Made by a program: the position numbers and the translations under genes
Origin: Rikenellaceae bacterium
GTDB taxonomy: Bacteria; Bacteroidota; Bacteroidia; Bacteroidales; Rikenellaceae
NCBI GenBank assembly: GCA_031553805.1
Contig: JAVBLC010000007.1
Span: 8,256 to 72,255, forward strand
Direction of reading: 5' to 3'
Length of the DNA stretch: 64,000 nucleotides
Part shown: positions 57,088-64,000 of the stretch, piece by piece
Layout: every line of letters begins with the position of its first letter
How positions within the stretch are numbered: position 1 is the stretch's first letter
Notes under the pieces: generated by a model
What the model was told of the DNA's origin: nothing
Databases searched by the model: none
What the model saw: the letters and a program-made list of their open reading frames with translations, nothing else

Positions 57088-57095
57088 TATTTTTG
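57088..57095 (+). promoter_or_regulatory. Candidate -7 box TATTTTTG for rex
   Basis: TAnnTTTG match 38 nt upstream of the ATG at 57133. Confidence 0.4.
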
Positions 57096-57132
57096 TTAAG
57101 AATAATGCCGTTACTGATAAGCACAGAACCTT

Positions 57133-57792
57133 ATGTCGATCAACTTCGTGCCCAATAACATCCCCGAGAAGACCATCGAGCGCCTGAGCGAATACCGCCG
57201 CACGCTGCTCGATTGCCTCAACAACGGGATTACCCACCTCTACTCGCACACGCTGGCGGGCATCCACGGCATCACGGCGGTGCAAGTGCGGCGCGATTTG
57301 ATGCTGATCGGCTTTTCGAGCGACACCAAACGGGGCTATGACGCCCAGGTGCTGATCGACTTCATCGGCAACATCCTCGACGACCGCAACGTGATGAACA
57401 TCGGCGTGGTCGGGATGGGCCATCTGGGACAGGCAGTTACCCAGTATTTTACCGGAAAACGCTCCAAACTGAAAATCGTGGCGGCATTTGACATTGCCCC
57501 TGCCAAGGTGGGGACGACCGTCGCCGGGGTGCCGTGTTACCACACCGACGAATTTCAAAAAAAGGTCAAGGACCACAACATCAAGCTAATCCTGCTCTCG
57601 TCGCCGACCGATGCAGCGGGCTCGTTCGTGCAGCCGATCATCGACGCCGGGATCAAAGGCGTACTCAATTTCACGTCCAAGCCGCTCAACTTCCCAGAGG
57701 GAATCTATGTCGAGGACTACGACATCATCACCCTGCTGGAAAAGGTGGCCTACTTCGTCAAGGAGTGCGAACTGCACAGCAAGAAAAAATAA
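57133..57792 (+). CDS. rex: Redox-sensing transcriptional repressor Rex
   Basis: 219 aa. N-terminal winged helix (ERLSEYRR) and a Rossmann fold (NIGVVGMGHLGQA). Confidence 0.9.
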   Translation: MSINFVPNNIPEKTIERLSEYRRTLLDCLNNGITHLYSHTLAGIHGITAVQVRRDLMLIGFSSDTKRGYDAQVLIDFIGNILDDRNVMNIGVVGMGHLGQAVTQYFTGKRSKLKIVAAFDIAPAKVGTTVAGVPCYHTDEFQKKVKDHNIKLILLSSPTDAAGSFVQPIIDAGIKGVLNFTSKPLNFPEGIYVEDYDIITLLEKVAYFVKECELHSKKK

Positions 57793-57805
57793 TCCGAGCC
57801 GGAGC

Positions 57806-58651
57806 ATGAAGGTTTATCGCATCAACGGGCCGTTTGGCGAAGAGGGAACCCGGGAGGAGAGCGTTTTGCCCTCACTGGAGGGGGTGACGATTATGGAATT
57901 GCCGCTGGACGACATTCGTCCCCTGCTGAATAAACCGGTGGTGACGGTCGGCTCGTTCGACGGGGTACACCGCGGCCACCGCAAGATCCTCGAACGGCTG
58001 AAGCAAGTCGCAGCGGAACGCGGCGGCGAAAGCGTGGTGGTCACTTTCAGCCCTCATCCACGACAGGTGGTCGAAACGGGCGGCGAACCGATACAACTCC
58101 TCAATTCGTTGCCGGAGAAAATCCGACTGCTCGAAGCCGTCGGGATCGACACACTGGTCATTATTCCATTTACCCCGGGCTTTTCGCAGATTTCATCGGA
58201 TATTTTCCTGAAGGGCTATCTGCTGCTGGGCCTGGGTGCCAGGGCGTTGGTGATGGGCTACAACCACCACTTCGGATACAACCGCGAGGGCCACTTCGTT
58301 TCGGCCGCCGGCACAGGGATAGAAGTCTACGAAGTGCCGAAGTTCGACGTTGAGAACGGCAAAGTCAGTTCGACCGTCATCCGTCAATTGATCGAAGAGG
58401 GCAAAGTATCGTACGCAGCCCACTACTTGGGAGCCCCCTATCCGGTGATGGGCACTCTCGGGACGGACGGCGATTTTCGGCCCGGAGATCCGGCAAAATT
58501 ATTGCCCCCGCCGGGCAATTACCCGGTCAAGGTCCACCGCTCGGCGCATGATTGCACCGGCAACCTGAGCATCGGCGAAGACGGGCGGATCACCCTCACC
58601 TCGTTCCAGTGCCCCCTCGAACCGGGTTTCCAGTCGGTCAGTTTCAGATAA
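57806..58651 (+). CDS. FAD synthetase (FMN adenylyltransferase) family protein with degenerate riboflavin-kinase-like C-terminus
   Basis: Trimmed to ATG 57806, 13 nt after the rex stop (alternative start ATG 57893). N-terminal motifs VGSFDGVHRGH, VVVTFSPHP and SSTVIR. The C-terminal ~80 aa lack the G-x-x-L-G-F-P-T-A-N kinase motif. Confidence 0.7.
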   Translation: MKVYRINGPFGEEGTREESVLPSLEGVTIMELPLDDIRPLLNKPVVTVGSFDGVHRGHRKILERLKQVAAERGGESVVVTFSPHPRQVVETGGEPIQLLNSLPEKIRLLEAVGIDTLVIIPFTPGFSQISSDIFLKGYLLLGLGARALVMGYNHHFGYNREGHFVSAAGTGIEVYEVPKFDVENGKVSSTVIRQLIEEGKVSYAAHYLGAPYPVMGTLGTDGDFRPGDPAKLLPPPGNYPVKVHRSAHDCTGNLSIGEDGRITLTSFQCPLEPGFQSVSFR

Positions 58652-58689
58652 AAATTACGGCACCCTGAACAAAATTCAGGGGAATTGCT

Positions 58690-58697
58690 TACCTTTG
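58690..58697 (+). promoter_or_regulatory. Candidate -7 box TACCTTTG for guaB
   Basis: TAnnTTTG match 74 nt upstream of the ATG at 58771. Confidence 0.3.
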
Positions 58698-58770
58698 CCA
58701 AAATTTACACACTCCGCAAAGGGAGTTGTATTTTTTATAACACTCTCTGGATCACTAAAATACAAAGCAT

Positions 58771-60243
58771 ATGTCATTCATTAACGATCGCATTTGTACC
58801 GAAGGGCTCACCTTTGACGACGTGCTACTGGTGCCGGGTTACTCGGAAGTGCTGCCGCGCACGGTCGAACTCACCTCGCGTTTTTCGCGCAATGTACAGA
58901 TCCATACCCCGATCGTCTCGGCCGCGATGGACACGGTCACCGAGTCGGAACTGGCCATTGCCATTGCCCGCGAAGGAGGCATCGGTGTGATCCACAAGAA
59001 TATGACCATCGACGAACAGGCCCGCCAGGTGCGTAAAGTCAAACGTGCAGAAAACGGGATGATCTACGACCCGGTCACTATCTCGCAGGACCACACTGTG
59101 GGCGACGCGCTCCAACTGATGCGCGAAAACCGCATCGGCGGCATCCCGGTGATCACCGACGACCGCACGCTGATCGGCATCGTCACCAACCGCGACCTCC
59201 GTTTCCAGAAGGACATGAACCGCAGCATCAAGGAGGTGATGACCAGTGAAAAACTGATCACCACCCACAACACCGACCTGCGTAACGCAGCCGACATCCT
59301 GCTCCAGAACAAGATCGAGAAACTGCCCGTGATCGACGAACACGGCAAACTGGTCGGCTTGCTCACTTATCGCGACATCACGAAAATCAAGGATAATCCC
59401 CAGGCCAGCAAGGACGAGAAAGGCCGTCTGCGCGTGGCTGCCGGCGTAGGCATCACCGGCGACGCGATGCAGCGTGTCGACGCCCTCTGCAGCGCACAGG
59501 TCGACGCCATCGTGATCGACACCGCCCACGGCCACACCCCCGGCGCGGTCGATCTGCTGAAACAGATCAAAGCCAAATATCCCAATGTCGACGTCGTAGT
59601 CGGCAACGTAGCTACCGCCGAAGCCGCCCAGATGCTGGTCGCTGGCGGCGCTGACGCCGTGAAAGTCGGCATCGGGCCGGGTTCGATCTGCACCACCCGC
59701 ATCATTGCCGGTGTCGGCGTACCCCAGCTCTCTGCGATCTATGACGTGGCCGCCGCCATCAAAGGCTCGGGCGTACCTGTGATCGCCGACGGCGGTCTCC
59801 GCTACTCGGGCGACATCGTTAAAGCCCTCGCCGCAGGGGCCGACTCGGTCATGGCCGGCGGCATGTTTGCCGGCGTCGAAGAATCGCCCGGCGAAACCGT
59901 CATCTTCAACGGCCGCAAATTCAAAACCTACCGCGGCATGGGTTCGCTCGAAGCCATGCAGCAAGGTTCCAAAGACCGCTACTTCCAGGACAACGAAGCC
60001 GACGCCAAAAAGCTCGTCCCCGAAGGCATCGCCGCCCGCGTTCCCTACAAAGGCACGCTGACCGAGGTCATTTATCAATTAGTCGGCGGCCTACGTGCCG
60101 GGATGTTCTACTGCGGCGCCAAGGATATTCCCGCGCTCCAACAGGCCCGGTTCATCCGCATCACCAACTCTGGCGTCCAGGAAAGCCACCCCCACGACGT
60201 TGCCATCACCCGCGAAGCCCCCAACTACAGCCGGGGAGACTAA
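58771..60243 (+). CDS. guaB: IMP dehydrogenase
   Basis: 490 aa. CBS pair and catalytic loop [12 protein letters not shown]. Confidence 0.95.
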   Translation: MSFINDRICTEGLTFDDVLLVPGYSEVLPRTVELTSRFSRNVQIHTPIVSAAMDTVTESELAIAIAREGGIGVIHKNMTIDEQARQVRKVKRAENGMIYDPVTISQDHTVGDALQLMRENRIGGIPVITDDRTLIGIVTNRDLRFQKDMNRSIKEVMTSEKLITTHNTDLRNAADILLQNKIEKLPVIDEHGKLVGLLTYRDITKIKDNPQASKDEKGRLRVAAGVGITGDAMQRVDALCSAQVDAIVIDTAHGHTPGAVDLLKQIKAKYPNVDVVVGNVATAEAAQMLVAGGADAVKVGIGPGSICTTRIIAGVGVPQLSAIYDVAAAIKGSGVPVIADGGLRYSGDIVKALAAGADSVMAGGMFAGVEESPGETVIFNGRKFKTYRGMGSLEAMQQGSKDRYFQDNEADAKKLVPEGIAARVPYKGTLTEVIYQLVGGLRAGMFYCGAKDIPALQQARFIRITNSGVQESHPHDVAITREAPNYSRGD

Positions 60244-60251
60244 TTGTCGGG

Positions 60252-60319
60252 AAGGATTTAGTACACAAATAGCCGCCGCTTTTCATGAAAAGCGGCGGCT
60301 ATTTGTGTACTAAATCCTT
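60252..60319. terminator. Perfect 68-nt palindrome (34-bp arms), probable bidirectional terminator between guaB and glmM
   Basis: aaggatttagtacacaaatagccgccgcttttca | tgaaaagcggcggctatttgtgtactaaatcctt, with no mismatch and the centre at 60285/60286. Confidence 0.7.
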
Positions 60320-60324
60320 GCGCA

Positions 60325-61725
60325 CTATCGCATGATCTCCCGGACCAGGTCTTGGATCCGGGTGGCGAGGGCTTGGGCGGCGGCGAAGCTGGGGGCCTCG
60401 CTGTAAATGCGGATAATGGGTTCAGTGTTTGATTTGCGCAAGTGTACCCATCCGTCCGGCCAGTCTATTTTTATGCCGTCTATGTCGGTTACTTGTTCAT
60501 TGGCGTAGGTTCTTTTGATTGTTTCGAGGATGTTGTCCACGTTTACTTCAGGGGAAAGTTCGATCTTGTTTTTCGACATTTCATAGAGGGGCAATCCGGC
60601 ACGGAGTTGCGAGCAACTCTTGCGCGAACGGGACAAGGCGCTGAGGAAGAGGGCTACGCCGACCAGGGCGTCGCGGCCGTAGTGGAGTTCGGGATAGATG
60701 ACCCCGCCGTTGCCTTCGCCGCCGATGACGGCACCGGTTTCCTTCATTTTGGCGACGACGTTGACTTCGCCGACGGCGGCGGCGGCATATTGTCCGCCGC
60801 GGGCGCGGGTGACGTCGCGCAGGGCGCGTGACGAGCTGAGGTTCGACACGGTGTTGCCCGGCCCGGGCAGGCGCGAGAGGACGTAATCGGCGACAGCTAC
60901 CAACGTGTATTCTTCGCCGAACATTTTTCCGTCTTCGCACACGAGGGCCAGGCGGTCGACGTCGGGATCCACCACCACACCAAGGTCGGCGCCGACGCGC
61001 ACGACTTCGGCCGAGATCGCGGTCAGGTTTTCGGCCAGCGGTTCGGGGTTGTGGGCGAAGCGGCCGTCCGGGGTGCAATTGAGTTCGATCACTTCGGCCC
61101 CGAGGCGGCGCAACAGGGCGGGGATTACGATGCCGCCGACCGAATTGACGGCGTCGACCACCACCTTAAAACGGCGTTTACGGACGGTGTCTGTGTCGAC
61201 CAGCGGCAGGGCCATCACGGCGTCGATGTGGGCTGCGTCATACGATTCGCGTGAAACGACGTTTCCTAGTTTTTCGACATCGACAAATGAGAAATCTTCC
61301 TGTTCGGCCAGCGCCAATATCTTTTTCCCTTCGGCATCATCTAAAAATTCGCCGTGACGGTTGAGGAGTTTGAGGGCATTCCATTGAGCGGGGTTATGGC
61401 TGGCGGTGACGATGATGCCGCCATCGGCCCGTTTGCCCGTAACGGCCATTTCGACCGAGGGGGTCGAGGCCAGGCCGAGATCGGCCACGTCGATCCCGCA
61501 ACCGAGCAGGGTCGATTCGATCAGCGCCGCCACCATCGGCCCCGAGATGCGCGCGTCGCGCCCGAGTACGATCGTCGGGCGGCCCGCGTGGCCCGCCGGA
61601 AGCGAGTCGCAAAGCCAACGGCCATAGGCCGCTGCAAATTTCACAATGTCGACGGGGGTCAGGTTGTCGCCGGGCACACCGCCCACCGTGCCGCGGATGC
61701 CCGATATGGATTTGATCAGTGTCAT
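60325..61725 (-). CDS. glmM: Phosphoglucosamine mutase
   Basis: 466 aa. N-terminal SGIRGT and the phosphoserine loop VTASHNPAQWNALK. Confidence 0.9.
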   Translation of the reverse strand: MTLIKSISGIRGTVGGVPGDNLTPVDIVKFAAAYGRWLCDSLPAGHAGRPTIVLGRDARISGPMVAALIESTLLGCGIDVADLGLASTPSVEMAVTGKRADGGIIVTASHNPAQWNALKLLNRHGEFLDDAEGKKILALAEQEDFSFVDVEKLGNVVSRESYDAAHIDAVMALPLVDTDTVRKRRFKVVVDAVNSVGGIVIPALLRRLGAEVIELNCTPDGRFAHNPEPLAENLTAISAEVVRVGADLGVVVDPDVDRLALVCEDGKMFGEEYTLVAVADYVLSRLPGPGNTVSNLSSSRALRDVTRARGGQYAAAAVGEVNVVAKMKETGAVIGGEGNGGVIYPELHYGRDALVGVALFLSALSRSRKSCSQLRAGLPLYEMSKNKIELSPEVNVDNILETIKRTYANEQVTDIDGIKIDWPDGWVHLRKSNTEPIIRIYSEAPSFAAAQALATRIQDLVREIMR

Positions 61726-61749
61726 CTTAGAATCCGATTAGAATTGGTG

Positions 61750-61757
61750 CAAAGGTA
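61750..61757 (-). promoter_or_regulatory. Candidate -7 box TACCTTTG for glmM
   Basis: TAnnTTTG match on the minus strand, 25 nt upstream of the ATG at 61725. Confidence 0.4.
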
Positions 61758-61830
61758 TCTATTTTGAACAATATTCGGACACGCTCTACCGTCTCATTGA
61801 TAAGCCCGCCCCGGAGAAAAATATTTTTAC

Positions 61831-61838
61831 TACCTTTG
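61831..61838 (+). promoter_or_regulatory. Candidate -7 box TACCTTTG for the TPR protein gene
   Basis: TAnnTTTG match 22 nt upstream of the ATG at 61860. Confidence 0.4.
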
Positions 61839-61859
61839 GGGGTTAAAACCGCAGAAACT

Positions 61860-64000
61860 ATGTCAGCCGAAAAACCGATCATCGCGGCGATCGCCCTCGT
61901 GTTCTTTGCCACCACCCTTTTTGCCCAGACTTCTGAAACGTCCTTCGAGCGCGAACTGCGCCGGGGCATCGAACTTTACGACGCCGGGCAGTATGCCGCC
62001 GCCCGCAAGATGCTCGCCGGACTGAAAGGCGACATCACGATCGACAATACCTCGACTGCGGAAACGATCGACCGCTACGTGGCCCTTTCGGCTGCCGCCA
62101 CCGGCGACTCCGAAGCCGAACTCCTGCTGGAACAATACGTCACGTCCTACCGAACGATCTACGCCGACCGCGTCTACCTCACCCTGGGACACCTTTATCA
62201 GCGCCGTAAGGACTACGCCGCCGCGCTCGACGCTTACCAAAAGGTCGATCCCTACAGCCTGTCGGCCACCGAACGGAGCGAACTCTTTTTCAACCGGGGC
62301 TACAGCGCGTTTTGCGAAGAAGATTACGACGAAGCGCTGCGCAATTTCGACAGCGTGGGACCGGACCGGGTTTACGCCCCCTCGGCTACCTATTATAAGG
62401 GGTATATCGCTTACATCAACGGCGACTATGGTGAAGCCCGCCGCAGCTTTTCGTCGCTGCTCGACGACCGCAACTACGGGCCGGTGATTCCGTTCTACCT
62501 CGTCCAGATCGACTTTAAGGATCAAAAATACGAAGCCGTAGCGCAGGCTGCGCCGGCGCTCATCTCCCAAGCTACAGGAGAGCGCTTGGCCGAATTGCAA
62601 AAAATCACCGGCGAATCGTTCTATCATTTGGGCGATTACCGCCAAGCCCTTTACTATTTGAAACAATATGCCGCGCAGAACCCGAACCTGACGCGCGAAG
62701 AGCAATACATCACCGGTTACGCCGCCTATATGGAGGGCGAATTGCCGCTGGCCGTGGCCCTATTGGAACGCGTGGCCGTGGGCGACGACCAGTTGGCCCA
62801 GAACGCAGCCTACCACATCGGGAGCATCAGCGTGCGCGAGGGCAACAAGACCCGGGCGATCCAGGCTTTCTCGCTCGCGATGAACCTCGAATGGGACAAG
62901 GCGGTGCAGGAAGAGGCGATGTTTAACTTCGCCAAGTTGCAATACGAAGCCGGCGGCGGCGTGTTCAACGAAACGATCAACACGCTCACCCGCTACACCG
63001 GGCTTTTCCCCGACTCGCCCCGCATCGACGAGGCACGCCGGTTGCTGATGGCCGCCTACTTTAACTCGCGCAACTACGCCGCGGCCTACGAGGCGATCTC
63101 GCTGATCAAGAATCCCGATAACGAAACGCGGCAGGCGCTACAAAAGATCGCCTATTTCCGCGGCTTGGAATTTTACGAGGGGAACGACCTCGAGAACGCG
63201 CAGAAAATGTTCACGCTGGCGGCCGCCAACCGCATGGCCCCGAAATACACCGCGCTAACCAACTACTGGCAGGCCGAAACCTATTACCGCCAGGGCGACT
63301 ATGCCCGCGCGATCCCGCTCTACCAGGATTACGTGGTCGTTTCACCCAAGACCGAAATCGAAAACCAGGTGGCCAACTACAACCTGGGCTATTGTTATTT
63401 CCAGACGAAAAATTACCGCGAAGCCGCGACCTGGTTCAACCGATTCATGAGCGCTTACACCCCGCAGGACCAGTTGAAGGCCGACGCCTATGGCCGCGTG
63501 GGCGACCTTCACTTCCTGAACAAGGACTACTCGCAGGCGATCGACAGCTACGACCGTGCGATCCAAATCGGCGGCAACGCTTCGCAATACGCCTCGTTCC
63601 AGCGGGCGATCGCCCTCGGCCTTACCCGCGGGGCCACCGCTAAGATCGCCGCCCTGAAAGAGGTGATCGGCTCACGCAGCGAATATGTCGACGACGCGAT
63701 GTATGAACTGGGCAGCACCTACACCAAGCAGGAACAATTTACAGAAGCGGCCGCAACGCTCAAGCAGTTCGTCGACCAGTATCCGGCCTCGCCGCTCTAC
63801 CCGAGCGCCCTCTCCGACCTGGGGCTGATTCACCAGAACATGGGCAACAACTCCGAGGCGCTCAAGTATTATAAAATGGTGGTCGAACAGCAACCCAACG
63901 CCCCGCAGTCGAAAGACGCCCTGCTTGGAATCCGCAACATCTACGTCGACCGCAACGATCTGGACGGCTACTTCTCGTTCGCCCGCGAGCACGGGGTGGA
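61860..64000 (+). CDS. Large secreted tetratricopeptide-repeat protein (5' part; continues beyond the window)
   Basis: Not in the ORF track. I translated the frame by hand from ATG 61860 to position 64000 (713 codons) and found no stop. It has a signal-like N-terminus (MSAEKPIIAAIALVFFATTLFAQ) and many TPR-like units (GDYRQALYYLKQY, GDYARAIPLYQDY, KNYREAATWFNRF, NNSEALKYYKMVV). Confidence 0.85.
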   Translation, partial: MSAEKPIIAAIALVFFATTLFAQTSETSFERELRRGIELYDAGQYAAARKMLAGLKGDITIDNTSTAETIDRYVALSAAATGDSEAELLLEQYVTSYRTIYADRVYLTLGHLYQRRKDYAAALDAYQKVDPYSLSATERSELFFNRGYSAFCEEDYDEALRNFDSVGPDRVYAPSATYYKGYIAYINGDYGEARRSFSSLLDDRNYGPVIPFYLVQIDFKDQKYEAVAQAAPALISQATGERLAELQKITGESFYHLGDYRQALYYLKQYAAQNPNLTREEQYITGYAAYMEGELPLAVALLERVAVGDDQLAQNAAYHIGSISVREGNKTRAIQAFSLAMNLEWDKAVQEEAMFNFAKLQYEAGGGVFNETINTLTRYTGLFPDSPRIDEARRLLMAAYFNSRNYAAAYEAISLIKNPDNETRQALQKIAYFRGLEFYEGNDLENAQKMFTLAAANRMAPKYTALTNYWQAETYYRQGDYARAIPLYQDYVVVSPKTEIENQVANYNLGYCYFQTKNYREAATWFNRFMSAYTPQDQLKADAYGRVGDLHFLNKDYSQAIDSYDRAIQIGGNASQYASFQRAIALGLTRGATAKIAALKEVIGSRSEYVDDAMYELGSTYTKQEQFTEAAATLKQFVDQYPASPLYPSALSDLGLIHQNMGNNSEALKYYKMVVEQQPNAPQSKDALLGIRNIYVDRNDLDGYFSFAREHGV

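Overview
GC-rich, gene-dense chromosomal segment that reads as Bacteroidota. Support: perfect TAnnTTTG -7 boxes 20-45 nt upstream of many start codons, BatD/BatE, GH95/GH2 enzymes and lipoprotein signals. An Alistipes/Rikenellaceae-like host is only my inference. I call 54 protein genes and one tRNA-Pro(UGG). One gene, a long TPR protein from 61860 to the window end, is missing from the ORF track because it has no stop inside the window. Most genes are housekeeping: pepE, purN, acpP-fabF-rnc, radC, lpxH, xerD, prmA, rnhA-polA-queD, era, tatA-tatC, lemA-TPM-TPM, pepD, hup, valS, lon, recR, proC, rex, guaB, glmM. I saw no CRISPR array, transposase, phage block or recognisable defence genes. Leads worth follow-up: (1) A 10-gene minus-strand sugar locus (18032-29608) combines a DeoR regulator, a DUF5060/GH140-like hydrolase, a split transketolase, an FGGY kinase, a FucI-family isomerase and an Rbs-type ABC importer. 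It has no SusC/SusD, and I interpret it as a candidate D-apiose (rhamnogalacturonan-II) salvage module. (2) A 105-bp tandem duplication lies in front of an acyl-CoA ligase gene and creates two 31-codon upstream ORFs that reuse the gene's own start context. (3) A modular family of palindrome-centred intergenic repeats (core CGCTTTTTATAAAAAGCG and variants) includes two ~230-nt homologous copies in opposite orientation, a 300-nt quasi-palindromic five-hairpin array beside xerD, and a perfect 68-nt palindrome. (4) Several proteins have altered catalytic motifs or odd architecture: a TlpA-like protein without CxxC, a GH2 without the NE acid/base motif, a YbaN-MqnB fusion and a RibF-like protein with a degenerate kinase half. 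Many very long ORFs in the track are antisense shadows of real genes, typical of GC-rich DNA, and were rejected. All homology calls come from motif recognition by eye; no database search was run.
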